Made by a program: the position numbers and the translations under genes
Shown here: positions 14,350-28,059 of the stretch, in pieces
Layout of the letters: each line of letters opens with the position of its first letter
Numbering within the stretch: the stretch's first letter is position 1
Notes under the pieces: model-generated
What the model was told of the DNA's origin: nothing
Database searches by the model: none
Seen by the model: only the letters and a program-made list of their open reading frames with translations
Origin: the human T2T-CHM13v2.0 reference genome, Homo sapiens
Length of the DNA stretch: 64,000 nt
Reading direction: 5' to 3' (one strand)
Assembly: GCF_009914755.1 (NCBI RefSeq)
Contig: NC_060947.1

Positions 14350-15340
14350 AACCCGGCTTATAATCACCTTCCCATTTCTATGCCTCCTTTCTGACATGTA
14401 AAATACCTACTATCAGTTCACCCTCATTCATTTCTGCAGTTTCTCCTTTTTGCCTTAGATGCTCATTTTCTATGCCATCTCCCATTCTCATTTATATGGG
14501 ATTTCCCTTTCTCTTTCACTAAATGTGGCTTTCATTTATTTCAATGACCTTAAGAAGCCCTTTATCCTGACGTTTCTATGATTGTGAGCTGTTTATTCCA
14601 TTTTTAATATAAATAATTTTGAAAGTTTAGCAGGGAGCCTTTTTTCATCTCAGGCAGTTAACTGCTTTTTTTTTTTTTTTTTTTTTGGCTAAGGTTTAAA
14701 AGAACCTCATTTTGCCAGAGTGTTTTGAAAATAGTCATCCCAAATAATACAGGAAAACATCCTAGTTCAAGAATTTGTTGGAGAATGCAAGCTTGAGCCA
14801 AAAAAAGAATTGTTATCATGTGTAGATTCAATATAGAACCTACTGGCTTTGCAAAAAAAAATTTAATATTTTCTAGTTAGCAATGGTTCCAATTTTATCC
14901 AAAGCACCATTATTACTGAGTATACTTATATTTGACCAAATATTGCTTCTATGGCTCTTGCAATTGAAGATGCCATCAATCATGGCACTATCCACAGATG
15001 TAACACAAAAGCTTTGTCACTGAAATACTATTTATTTCATGGTCTTACTTCAAGTTCTCTGATAATTTTATGTGTTGTTTTTCAAAAATATTCAGACATC
15101 ATTTTCTTCACATTGGATGAACTTTTGTCACTGACAATTCTGGGTAATGATAAACCTTTACTGTAGACTTAAGGTTCACCTTTAAGAAAGCTTTGAATCA
15201 TTCAGAAAGTGTTCAATATGCTATTGAGCCCTATGAAGGTAGTCATTGAGAATCATCATTTTCTACTCACAATCTGATTCTCTCAGAGAAATTGTGCCAG
15301 TGCCTTGATAGATTCAGTTAAATTCATATAATAGCTTTTA
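14350..15340 (-). mobile_element. Probable ancient RTE-clade LINE relic (L4/MamRTE1 type)
   Basis: Minus-strand peptides in collinear order: DSAMIDG, SIARAIEAIFGQI, LWQNEVL, DEKRLPAKL, resembling post-RT motifs of RTE ORF2. Confidence 0.5.
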
Positions 15341-15360
15341 CTTGATGGTAAATATATATA

Positions 15361-15765
15361 AACCACATGATATTATAACCCAAACAAATCCCAATTGAGG
15401 GACATTCTACAAAATGTCAAACCAGCACTCCTCAAAACTGTCAAGGTTATGGAAAGCTAAGAAGGTCTGAAAAACTGTCACAGCCAAGAGAAGCCTAAGG
15501 ATGCTGGACAATTAATTGTTATCCTGGATGGGATTCTGGAACACAGAAAGGATATTAGGTGAAAACAAAGGAAATCAAAATAAAATACAAACCTTAGTTA
15601 ATGATGTATTAATCGGTTCATTAATTGTGACAAATACACCATTTTGACTTAAAATGTTAATAATAGGAGAAAGTGGTTGTGGAGTATATGGAAACTCTCT
15701 GTACTATCTGCAGTTTTTCTGTAAATCTAAAAACTGTTCTAAATTTTGTAAAGAAAAAAAGTTTA
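15361..15765 (+). mobile_element. L1MC/L1MD 3' end
   Basis: gagggacattctacaaaat, atcctggatgggattctggaaca, tatatggaaactctctgtactatctgcagtttttctgtaaatctaaaa. Confidence 0.8.
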
Positions 15766-17365
15766 CTAAAAAAATAGTGTCAAGCAAACAATCAAAATAA
15801 CTAGGCACCAAAAGAAACTGATAACATGAAAAATAGACAGCATAAACAACAGATAAAAGAGGAGATCCAAAAATCATAGAAAGTAAGACTAAAAGCAATG
15901 TCTATAACACAAATATCCTTAATATTTTCATGTAGATAAAAGCTGAGCTTGACTGAGCTTGAAAATGTTAGCAAGAAACTTGACACTATAAAAATAGCAT
16001 GCCAGAACCAAATGGAAAACCTAGAAATGATTAGTTCATTAACCAAATTCAGGAATGCAATGAATGGGCTGAACAGCTGAAATTCATGAAATGGAAAATA
16101 GTTCATATTTTAAAAAACTTATCCAAGATGAGACAAATAGAAAGGAATAATGAAAAGTAAGTAAAGGCAAGTGATAGAAAGAAAGGATACTGTAAGAAAA
16201 TCTAACATATGTATAACCTGAATTGCAGAAAGCTAAGAAAAATGAAACAGGAAGGGTATTTGGGGAAATAAAAACTGCAAACTTTCCAAAACTGATGACA
16301 GATATCTAATCTATACATTTGGGGATCCCAAAGGATAAAAAAAATCCACAACAAGACACATAATGATAAACTGAACATAAACAATGAATAAAAGAAAATC
16401 TTTAAAGCAGCAAGAAACAGCAAGAAGAAAAAAGTTCTTTCAAAGGAGAAACACTTAGACAATAATAGCATATATGTCAGGAACAGGGAAAATAGAGTTA
16501 AACTGTTCTGAGATCTTTGAGTTTTCAGAGGAGAGTTAAACTACCAATTAATTCAGGCTTTAGTAAGTTAAGGATGAGGTAATTTCTAGGCTAATTACCA
16601 ACAGAATAACAAAATAAAATATAAATACCTGTGGGAAAATAGAGATAAAAATCAATCAACCCAAAAAAAAGTTTAAAAAGGAAAGAAAATTGAGAAAGAA
16701 GAGAAAAAACAAAAAAAAGCACATAGGAAGATAGTAGATTTAAACACAAATACATCAGTTATTACATTGCATGTTAATAAACTCGGCATTCCAATTGAAA
16801 GAAAAAGATTCACAGGCTGAATTTCCAAAAAAACGAATATGCTGTGTGCAAGAGACATATAAAAACCATAAGGATACAGAATTGTTGAAAGTAAAATGAT
16901 TGGAAAAGATATACTATTCCAGTAATAGCCAATAGAAACTGGATGTGCCTTTATTAATATCAAATATAATAGATGTTTATACAAAAATATCATTAAACAA
17001 TAAGTGATATGACAATTCTAAACTTATTTATACTGTAAAACTTGGCCTTTAATATGCAAAGCAAAAGTGACAGAACGCAAGCAATTCATACATACACAAA
17101 ACAGAAATCCAAATGGCCAGTAAACATTTTTAAAATGCTTAACTTCAATGACAACCAAATAAATTAAGATTATAATGAAATACTGCTACACACCCACAAG
17201 AAGACCAAAACTTTTAGTTTTTTAAGATTGAAAATAAAGAGTGTTGATAAAGATGAGGAGCAAGTGAAAATCTTATACATTGCTGGTAGGGCTGTAAATT
17301 GGTACAATCGCTTTGAAAACTCATTTGGCACTATATTAAATTTTAACATTAAAGTATATCTCATG

Positions 17366-17495
17366 ATCATGTTGTCCTATTTTATTATCCAAACAAAGAC
17401 ATTTTTGAGAGTGAAATGGGACACTATAAATAATTACACCAGGACAATAGGTAACAACCAGGACTGAATCAAGCAAACCAGGATATAATGCCTCC
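17366..17495 (+). mobile_element. MER94-like hAT-Blackjack MITE
   Basis: ttattatccaaacaaagacatttttgagagtgaaatgggacactataaataattacaccaggaca; a second copy lies at 35190. Confidence 0.65.
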
Positions 17496-17807
17496 CTACT
17501 ATGACCCCACAATTCTCACTCTTATCTCCAACACAAATGCATGTGTTTATATACCAGGAGCAATACTGATAATAGCTGAAAATTGGATTGAACCCCAATG
17601 TCTGTCTACAGAAGGAAATGTGGTATATTCACAGAGGGAGAGAGAGAGAAAGAGAGAGAACAAACAATATAGATGATATCTCATAAACATAATATTGAGC
17701 AAAAGCCAGACACAAAAGGATACATACTATAGAACTGCATTCATATAAAATTCAAAAAAGACAACAATATGGAGTTTGAGAATATAAACAAATGATAAAA
17801 CTATAAA

Positions 17808-17910
17808 TAAAATTAAGGAAGTAACAATTATACATGTTAGAAGAACTTCTAGCATTAAAAATGTTAGAAGATAACTTCTAACATGTATAATTGTTACTTC
17901 CTTAATTTTA
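17808..17910. repeat. Perfect 36-bp inverted repeat around a 31-bp self-complementary spacer
   Basis: 17808-17843 taaaattaaggaagtaacaattatacatgttagaag is the exact reverse complement of 17875-17910. Confidence 0.97.
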
Positions 17911-19149
17911 GGGAAGGTAAGGAGGAATGAGTACTTTCAAGAGAGTGTAGGGGTTCTTCTTCAATCACTTCATCTATGCTGTATGGTGGTTATATGTGAG
18001 TGTTCACATTGTAAAAATTCATGAGCGCTATATTTATTTTCTTTGCTCTTCTGTATGTTTACTATGTCTTTCAACAAAAAAAAAAGTTTTTTTAAAAGAG
18101 AATACCAGATACTAACCAAGGAAGTACTAACTAGTAATGTACAGAGGGAGCCAGGGGCTGGCACTGCAATATGTAGTATTCAAGCTGAACAAAGAAGGCT
18201 TTTTGAACAACAATATCTCAGCTCTACTTTTGCTTAAAAGAGAAGTTGCAAAACAAAAGCATTTGTAAGACAAGAACACCGCTAGAAAAAAAGAAAAAAG
18301 AACCCTACTAGAAAGAAAGAAACCTTGTGAAGCTCAGTTCAATATTACACTGGAGCACTGAGAATCCCCTTTTCCAAGGTTCTTTACCAAACAAAAATAT
18401 TAAAGAATCCTATTTATAATATAACCTGACCCTTCAGAATGGAACCCCACAGCCATGCTAGAATGAGACATAGGTGTGCTTTTCCCATCTTTCTGAATAA
18501 ACGGTATTATACCTTAATATTTTCAGTTGTGTCGCTAAATCTAAATAAACCAAAGGAATGCAAAAAAAATGGGACTATTTCTCTTATATATCTCCCCCTC
18601 CATCAGGCTCAGACAAACCTCTGAAAGTGTTCCAAGAGATGGTCCTATCAACCTGTCATTTGCTGAGTAAATAGAACAGATTTGACCTAGGTCTTGATTT
18701 TATGAGTTTTATTTGTCTGTTTTCAGCAGGAGGTAAAATGTGCCAAGTTGTTACTTCATTTTCACTCTAAGGTTTAAACACAAATAACCATTCATCTAAG
18801 TGCTGGACTGCACAGTACAGAACCACTTAAATCCCAGGAACATGTCACTTGTGCTAATGGCTTCCGCTAGTCTATGAGGAAATGTTACTTGCATCTTGCT
18901 GACCACTTTGGATTGATTAAGGCAAGGAGAAATAAAGAGATCTCAAAGGAAAATTCACCCCCTGTCTTAAATGCATGGAATCAGCATGTCGAGGAGTTTA
19001 GAAACACATTTCATGAGGGAATCTTCAAAGCCTGCAAGGGACAAATCCCCCATTAAAAATTAAATTTGCACTCTCAAGGACTCAGTCAAGAAATATTTTT
19101 GCTACAAACGACATAAGTAGGACAAATGATAATGTCTGGATAAATATCA

Positions 19150-19472
19150 TAGAGTAAATAATACTATGTCAGTATTTTTTATTTTAATAATTGCACTGTG
19201 ATTATGTAAGAGATTGCTCTTGATTTTATGAAACTCACACTGAAGTTTTAGTGGTAAATGGATGTCATATTTGCAACTGGCTCTCAAGTAGTTTAGGAAC
19301 AAAAAGCTTATTCAAATCTGTATCTGTAGAAAGAGAAAGAATACGAGAGAAAAGGAATGTGGTAAAATATTAACATTCAGAAAAGCTGAATGAAAGCTAT
19401 ATGGGAATATTTGTACTATTTTTGCAACTTTTCTATAAACTCTGAAATTATTTCAAAATAAAACATTAAAAG
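19150..19472 (+). mobile_element. L1MC4/L1ME-type 3' end
   Basis: gattatgtaagag...tatatgggaatatttgtactatttttgcaacttttctataaactctgaaattatttcaaaataaaa. Confidence 0.75.
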
Positions 19473-19754
19473 TCAACGAACTCATGGGTTAAAGTCTAGA
19501 ATTAGGAATCATTATGTAACTCTTTGATAAGAGGAACATATGCAGGCTCAGACAATAATAAACTATCACTGTGGACAAAGCACTTGATTTTCCTGAATCT
19601 CAGTCACAGCATCTTTAATGAAAATGAGCTGATTAGATAGTGTTTGAGCACAATTCCAATTCTAAAATGTTATGGTTCAAGGTTTTATTATTTGTCCCTC
19701 ATCCTCTCCTCCTTTTCAACTGTCTAATAACCTCTCTCAAGGAATTATAGAAAT

Positions 19755-20215
19755 AATGACAGCAGTTAACATTTAGTGAGTATGAATTCTATTGTAGGTA
19801 ACTTTCTAATTTATACATTATACATAATGTATACATATAATTTATACATTATATATAATGTATACATATAATTTATACATTATATATAATGTATACATAT
19901 AATTTATACATTATATATAATGTATACATATAATTTATACATTATATATAATGTATACATATAATTTATACATTATATATAGTATATATACATTTATATA
20001 CATATACATAATTATATACATTTATATACATTTTATATATGTGTATAAATTAGAAAGATTATATATATATAATCTCATTTGATCTTCACAACAAACAGAT
20101 TTGTAGGAACTGTTATCATTCTCATTTTGTAGAGGAAACTGGGGCATAGAGACACATCAAAATATACCTCAGCTGATACAATTGGTAAGTGGACTGAGCT
20201 GGGCCAAGAGCTTAT
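19755..20215 (-). mobile_element. MIR interrupted by an AT-rich minisatellite
   Basis: gcagttaacatttagtgag...; resumes aatctcatttgatcttcacaaca...gaggaaactggggcataga. Confidence 0.7.
19808..20040. repeat. AT-rich minisatellite, 31-bp unit, five full copies plus a decayed tail
   Basis: Unit aatttatacattatatataatgtatacatat starts at 19808, 19839, 19870, 19901, 19932 and 19963. Confidence 0.95.
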
Positions 20216-20232
20216 GCTCACATTCTTTATAC

Positions 20233-20420
20233 CAGAGGTCATAAAACTTTTTCCGTAAGTGGCCAGATGGTAAATATTTTAGGCTTTGCATACCACATAG
20301 GTTTCTGTCACATGTTCTTCTTTGTTTTGTTTGTATAACTCTTTATAAATAGGAAAACAAATTCTTAGCTCAGAAATTGGGCCAGATTTAGCATACAAGA
20401 TGACTGTTACCCATACCTGA
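20233..20420 (+). mobile_element. MER58-like hAT-Charlie MITE
   Basis: cagaggtc...aaactttttccgtaagtggccagatggtaaatattttaggctttgc. Confidence 0.75.
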
Positions 20421-22094
20421 ACCTTGAATGGGGACTGATCAGTCACCAAATGACATAACTGGAAAGAGACCCGAGTGATTAACTCATCTAACTGTATTAT
20501 ATAGATGAGGCACTAAGATATCAAGTTATTTGCCCAAGTCCATGTTGGTCATTAGAGCCTGATCAAAGATTAAAACCCTAGTCTTCTGACTCCTCATTCA
20601 GTGCACTTGCAGTCACAGAACAATCAATTCTAGATGCATACTGGAAAAACCTAAAGTATGCTATTAACTTATATTTTCATTTATGGCCACAAGCAACTGA
20701 TGATCGACTTTAAATCAAGCTGGAAAGCAAGACCTACATAAAAGTTTTCAATGACAACGAATATTACATAATTAAGTACTTAGCTATTGAAATTGATTCA
20801 AATCAACTCAATATTTTTGAGGAACTGCCATGTGTCTAATACTGTGTGAGAACAAAAAGAACTAAGTGAACTCTGCCTTTAAAAGAAAGCCTTCTGGAGA
20901 AACACAAAATTGTGAGCAAAAGACAAGAAATCAAGATAAGGAAATAATCAATGAGGGCTGCAGCTATACCAGGAGTTTCTGTGAGAAATAGATCTGCAGA
21001 TAGAGCTTGAAGAAATGGGGTAAGCCCTTTGGAGAAGTCTTCTGCTTTGCAGTTGCATGGACTTCAACTGAGCAAACATCAAACAAAGACTAAGTGAGAA
21101 CAAAAGTTATGGGACATGGTGATTAAAAAGGCATTGCATCTGTGCTCAAAGACCTTAAAATCTGATGAAGACCACACAATTTCACTTGTGAAATCCTTAA
21201 AGATTTGAACACGTCTCATGGTAGCTCTCCCAAGAGCTATTAACTTGACAGCTAACACAGAAGACACGGTGCTAACAAAGGAATGAAAATTGATGATTGC
21301 ATAGGAAAATGGCGACTTGATTAACTAAGTTCTCAATAGTTACCTCCAGGGTAACTTCTCCCTGACTTCTCTACATGACAGTTCTCTCTGGGGCAGGAAG
21401 AACAGTGTTCAGGTAGTAGAAAAGTCAAGTATCCAGCCCATTTGAGCTGAATCTGTTATCTTTGTCACTGTAAAATTTAATATGACACATATTTGCTGTT
21501 TTATTTGTTTACCAGTACAAACATCAGTGGAACATATTAATTTGTACCAAAGCAAACTTTGACCATCAAAGTCCATGAGCTTTCTTCAACCTTACCCTAT
21601 TCAAAACTTTATCCTAAAATTATAAGGTATCATAATGTTGGCTATAAAATTGATGTGATGTCAAATTCACTTGAATATTCACCAATAGTTCATGCCTGCA
21701 TATTACTGTCAAGTTCTTACAGCCTTACAGTAGTTCTTGTAAGCTATGGATATGATACCAATATTTTTACATAGTGGCACCAGGAGCTAAAATAAGACAG
21801 CTAATCTGGTGGGTAACAGAGGGAAGGGAGGAAAAAGTCTTAAGTTCTTTGAAATGACTACTATTAAAGTGTGAGAGTGAAATACAAAAATAACTAGATG
21901 ACAATTAGATTATCCAGGTTTTGCTTTTGGTTATGCCACTAATAAGATATGAGATGGTGAAAAAGTAACTTCTTTGGCCTTCAATTTTTTTTTATATGAA
22001 AATGAAGGGCTGGATGAAATGACCTCTAAAGGCCCCTTTAATTTTAACTCTATCATTCAATGGATTACACATATTTTACTGTAAATATAAAAGT

Positions 22095-22356
22095 TTATTT
22101 TATGTATTTTAATTGATACATAATAATTTTACATATTTATGAAGTACATGTGATTTGTAATACATGCATACAATGTGTAATTATCAACTCAGGGTAACTG
22201 AGGTATTCATCACCACAAATATTTATCATTTATTTATATTGAGAACATTTCAAATATTCTCTTCTATTTCGAAATATACAATAAATTATTCTTAACTATA
22301 ATATTGTACTGTGCTATTGAACACTAGATCTTACTCCTTCTATCAAACTAACTGTT
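22095..22356 (-). mobile_element. L1MA 3' end
   Basis: tttttaattgatacataataattttacatatttatg...aaatatacaataaattatt...aacactagatcttactccttctatc. Confidence 0.85.
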
Positions 22357-22749
22357 TCAATGGAAGTAAAACCAGGAGTCAAGAAAGAGCGTAAGACTGG
22401 GATTTAGAAAACTTGACAACTAGTCCTGACTCTGTTGTTCATTAGCTTTGTGACTATACACAAATAACTTAACATTTCTGGGCCTTAATCTTTTAAATTG
22501 ATATTCTATGACTAGCCAGGGCCTCGATATGGTATCCATATCCATTCCTACCCTTTTTCCAGACAGTATCTTTTGAATGAGACTTGCATTCTCTCTCCTC
22601 TACATTTTGTCTAAACTTAATCACCCAGCATCTCTTTCACTCAAGTCATATTTCCTATAATAGAATAAACTTAATCTTACCATTATGAGAATGTGGGTTA
22701 CTGAGACAAAGTTGTTCTGTTTCAGTTGGATCTTTCTCTATATTCTTAA

Positions 22750-22950
22750 TGATAATGTTAACATAATAACCTTAAATTGTCACATACTTTGAAATATCAC
22801 ATTTAATCCCCCACAAAATTCTATTAGGCAAATATTACTATTATTTTTATTTTATATGTGAGAAAATGACTAAATGTGAGTGCAATGACTAAACTCACCC
22901 AGCTATTAAATGGTGGAACAAGGATCTGAAACCAAGTCTGTCTGACTCTA
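22750..22950 (-). mobile_element. MIR
   Basis: catttaatcccccacaaaattctatt...ggatctgaaaccaagtctgtctgactc. Confidence 0.7.
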
Positions 22951-23629
22951 ACCTTCTTAAGCAGTTGTGTTTGTAGATTCAGAGCAAGTTGGTGACAGAA
23001 AGGTAATAGAACATGTCAAAAGGGACAGGTTCTCCGGAAACCCCAGGCACATCAGAAGTAGCTCCAGTTTATTTCCCTTAAGAAAACATCAATAATGATT
23101 CTAGAACTTAGGCCTGAGCAGTTACTTTGTCACCCATGCCTCCAGTCTGTATTTTCCAATCAATATGGCAGCTTCAACAACACTGGATATCCCTAGTCTA
23201 ACACAAAGCAGTGATGGATCATGATGGCCTTCAGAAATAGAGTGAACTAGGTCACATAATAGAACATCCATCAATTAAAATAGGAGGTTCTAGCCAGTGC
23301 AGCATTTGGAAATTAAAGAAAACCACTGAGCATGTGGTGAGAGGTACTTGATCATTCCCATCTAATGTACACATTTAATCATCTTCCCAGGTGGGCCATA
23401 CACAGTGGACACAGTAGAGAGGGTCTTCTTGTTTGCAGAGGAACATCGTACCCTGTGGTACCGCTCTTCATCAAAGCAGTCACTGCCAGACATCTGTTAC
23501 CTCTAAAGCCCTCAGGACCTGCTCCTGAACATCTGTTAATAAGGAATTCATCTTAATTGATTACTTGCTTGTTTAAATAAACATGTAACACCTAAAATTG
23601 CAAGTACCATTCTCAGTTTATCACTTTCA

Positions 23630-23790
23630 TGATACATTGGAAAATATACTGAGCTAGAAATCAGAAAGCTTCAGTTCTCTCTAGCTATGCTGTAAACTGC
23701 CTGGGTAACCTTGGGTAAGTTATTCTCTCTGAGTCTCAGTTTCCTCTTCCGAAAGAGAAAAGAGATTCAACATCTTCCAAAATTCTTGGA
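23630..23790 (+). mobile_element. MIR
   Basis: Core ggtaaccttgggtaagttattctctctgagtctcagtttcctc. Confidence 0.7.
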
Positions 23791-23894
23791 AAGGCTTCTC
23801 CATTATTTTATAGTTGTATGTCCTTCCCTTACTCTAGAACCCTGCCCCCTATGGACGAAATAAATGCAAACTTGACATTCAAGCCTCTATATGA

Positions 23895-23974
23895 GATTCA
23901 CATGTACTCTATAAATATGTACAACTATTATGTATCAATTTAAAACAAATTAAAAGCTAAATCTAAAAAAAATC
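23895..23974 (+). mobile_element. Very short L1MA 3' terminus with TSD
   Basis: cacatgtactctataaatatgtacaactattatgtatcaattt plus A-rich tail; TSD tcaagc(c/t)tctatatga at 23879-23894 and 23975-23990. Confidence 0.8.
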
Positions 23975-24704
23975 TCAAGCTTCTATATGATTCAACCTAA
24001 CCTTGCTTGTCCATTTTCCAAGTTTTCCATCTCCCGTATTTTCTTTAAAACACATTGGCTGCAAGACATCTGTCAAGCCAGATACTCTGCTTTCTTCACA
24101 CATGTGTTATTTCCATGGCCATACCTTCATTTAGTCCCTTTTCCCAGCCTAAAATGTCTGATATCCTCCAAAACCTGTCCCATCCTTTAAGATCCAGCTC
24201 ATTATTATATTCTCAAGGAGGCTTCCCTTCAGGGGAGAAAAAAGGGAAAACATAATAGTTAAATGATCCCTAGTGCAGAATGTATTAAGAACCCTATATC
24301 TACATAATGAGTTGTTTGTAACTCAACCTTCTGAGAGCCTATGGTAAAAAGTAAACAAATTATAATTGTAGACACATTCTATATGGCGATACCCTGATCT
24401 CACAAAGTTTCCTAAAGACTAATATACTTTTAAAATATGAGATGACTAATCTTGAAATCCTCTTCAATTTTATACATCTATAAGAATACTAGGTTGCAGT
24501 TATAATATTATATTCTCCTTAGACCTTGGATATCATAAAATATCAGAGTTATAAGGATTTCTAGAGGTCATCAGGTCAATGTTCCCACTTAATTTGGGAG
24601 CTTCTTGATATATAACCTTCTGATCTCTGCTTCATGTCTCCTTAAACAGATGCAGGGACAGGAAACTCATTACTTCACAAGACAGCTCACAAAACACCTA
24701 TGAT

Positions 24705-25600
<896 letters not shown>

Positions 25601-25776
25601 AATTCTGCCTTCTGGGATGATATATACCAATGCTATCCCTCTTCCATGTGACAGCTCTTTACATATTTGAAGACACTGCTTATACCACCCTTAAGTATTC
25701 TCTTCTGCAGTCCGAAAATCACCAGATTCTCCAACAATTTCTCTTAGATTGTTTTCATTCTTCACTATTCCCATTT

Positions 25777-26140
25777 TCCTAGTCATGTTGGGCTACCATA
25801 ACAAATTACCGTAGAATGGGTGGCTTAAACACCAAACATTTATTTCTCGCAGTTCTGGAGGCTGGAACTTCCGATCAAGGTACTTGCAGATCCAATGTCT
25901 GGTGAAGGCCTGGTTCCTGGTTTGCACAAGGCTGTCTTCTTGTTGTAGCCTCACATGGCAGAGAGTGAGATTATCTCTCATATGCCTCTTTTTATAAGGG
26001 TACTAACCCCATTCATGAGGGATTTACTCTCGTGACCTGATTACCTCCCAAATGTCCCATTTCCAAACACCATCACGGTAGAGATTTAGATATCAATACA
26101 TGAATTTGTGGAAGAGAACACAAATATTCAGTCAATAGCA
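25777..26140 (-). mobile_element. MLT1A-like MaLR solo LTR
   Basis: gggctaccataacaaattacc...gggtggcttaaaca...aaatattcagtcaatagca. Confidence 0.85.
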
Positions 26141-26379
26141 TCCATTGTGTACTTCTGGTCATGCTCCAGTTTGCTATGTCCTTCCTAAACTGGATAGTGA
26201 CATATATTCGATGAAAAATAAACATTAGCTAAAGGAATTAATAAACAACATATCACACTCAATGAAAAACACAATAGGATCATTTCTTTCATTGAACTGG
26301 ATATTATGGTTCTACTATTATAACCCAAATAGCATTTGTTTAAAAGTCCCAAACTTCATTTATCAAGGCATCAGCAGCC

Positions 26380-26798
26380 TGTATTATGTATGTCAAAGAT
26401 GCCATGGAAGCTGATTTTCACTAGTATATGGAACAGCAACCATATCTGTGGACTCTCATCACTTTTGCTTCAAAAGATGTTATCCTTCATTTGGGGCTTG
26501 GTCACATAACTTCTTTCCATAATTAAATGTTAGCAAATATGACATAAGCAGAGTGTTTGTTTGAATATTCTTACTCTATGAGACCTCTACCATTACCATA
26601 TGGACATACCCCTGTTAACCTGCTAGGGAGATGCAAGAGAATGTGGAGAAGAGCTGAGTCATCAGATGCACTAGTAAGACCAGACAAGACCAAAAGAACT
26701 GCTTGGCCAACTCATTGACTAACAAGCAATAATATATAGTTGTTTAAAGTCACTAATTTGTAAGATAGTTTATTATGCAGCAATAACTTGCTGACTCA
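26380..26798 (+). mobile_element. Old MLT1 (F/G/H-type) LTR remnant
   Basis: 3' end gttgtttaaagtcactaatttg...gtttattatgcagcaataact. Confidence 0.5.
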
Positions 26799-28059
26799 AA
26801 GAGCCATCAGTTTATGGTGTTCAACCATAAATCCCCTTCCCCCAACACATATATGCACATACATACATGAACTGGCCAGACAGTTCAAACCTTGGTGCAT
26901 CAGTTTTAGAAGGCTTTAGACAGTTATTCTAAAACATCACAGGTACAATGGGGTTTTGTGTCTATTATAATATTGTTCATATTCATTTAGCTACCTAAAT
27001 ATCACAACCTCTCTTGGATTCAACTGAACCCTTATTCTGCACAGCACAGAAACTTGCATAGCATGCAAAATGCCAGCTCAATCAAAATCAAAGCAAACGT
27101 TACATATGCAATGTCTACACCTGCTTAAAATGTGTTTTTCCTCTATTTTCCCTCAGAACTATATGAAATTATGGGCCAACTGCAGAGCAAAAATGATTTC
27201 TTGGTAGATCTGGATTTCCTATTATGTCTAATGTAATAGAAAGGATATTACCACTCTGCTTAATCTTCCTGCAGTTGACTTGCTGTGAATTGCTATAGTA
27301 AAGTAAAAGAAAATCATTATTAGGGTTCAAAAATACAAGTTGGTTTAAATAAAGCTTACATTTATCTGCAGGCATTACACACCTAAAATCTCATTTACAA
27401 TTCCAAATAATTGGTCAGGGCTTATTAGCCATTTCTGTATTTGGATTTACACAGTTTAATATATTTTTCTTTTAGTTGTTTATGTATTTTGTCTCATTGG
27501 GTGGGAAAGTAATTTAGGACAAATTAAATATAATATTTTTGCCAGAAATGTGTCTGGATTGCAATAACTGACTTTTTAAAATCTGTATGTTACAAGAAAA
27601 CCAAATACCTCCATCTTGAAAGTTCTTTCTGGCTATAAAAATTTGAATGTGCCATACAGAAATAAAGACAGGTGTTCTTAAACATCTTGGGGAATAGTAT
27701 ATGCATTTTAAAATCTAGGATCTTAGGATCACATAGAGCGTCAGGAGTATGATGCTAAGAGAGGCTCTTGAGAAGGGCTTAGAAGTTAATAAATCATTAA
27801 TTAAAACAAAAATATAGAGTGTGGAAGCGGGTACCTAGGCTCATTTTAGAGCTCTCCTGCCACAGATTGATGAATGCTGGAAAAACTTCAGACAAGAGGA
27901 TACAGTAAAGATGAGAACATAATTCTACTTACCATTCTGTCAGGCATAATGACTAGGCTGGTTCCCTAAGCATTACCCTACACTTCTTGCAAGCTCAGTC
28001 CTAGAACCCAAGTTATTCCTAATCAGGCAAGATTTAAGAACCCTAGTTTAGTACTCAAG

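Larger units (their letters stand above)
15770..18090 (+). mobile_element. Fragmented L1ME (ORF1, ORF2 pieces, 3' end)
   Basis: A-rich decayed ORF1/ORF2, gctggtagggctgtaaattggtacaatcgctttgaaaac, and 3'UTR ending ctatgtctttcaacaaaaaaaaaa. Confidence 0.7.

Noticed and set aside
14951-15200. Plus-strand DIIFFTLDELLS...KPLL and FKKAL resembling an RT N-terminal motif
   Set aside because: Several collinear RTE-like motifs lie on the minus strand of the same DNA, so the plus-strand resemblance is taken as chance.
19808-19990. Regular 31-bp palindromic repeats as a CRISPR-like array
   Set aside because: Units are contiguous with no unique spacers, in mammalian DNA; it is a minisatellite.
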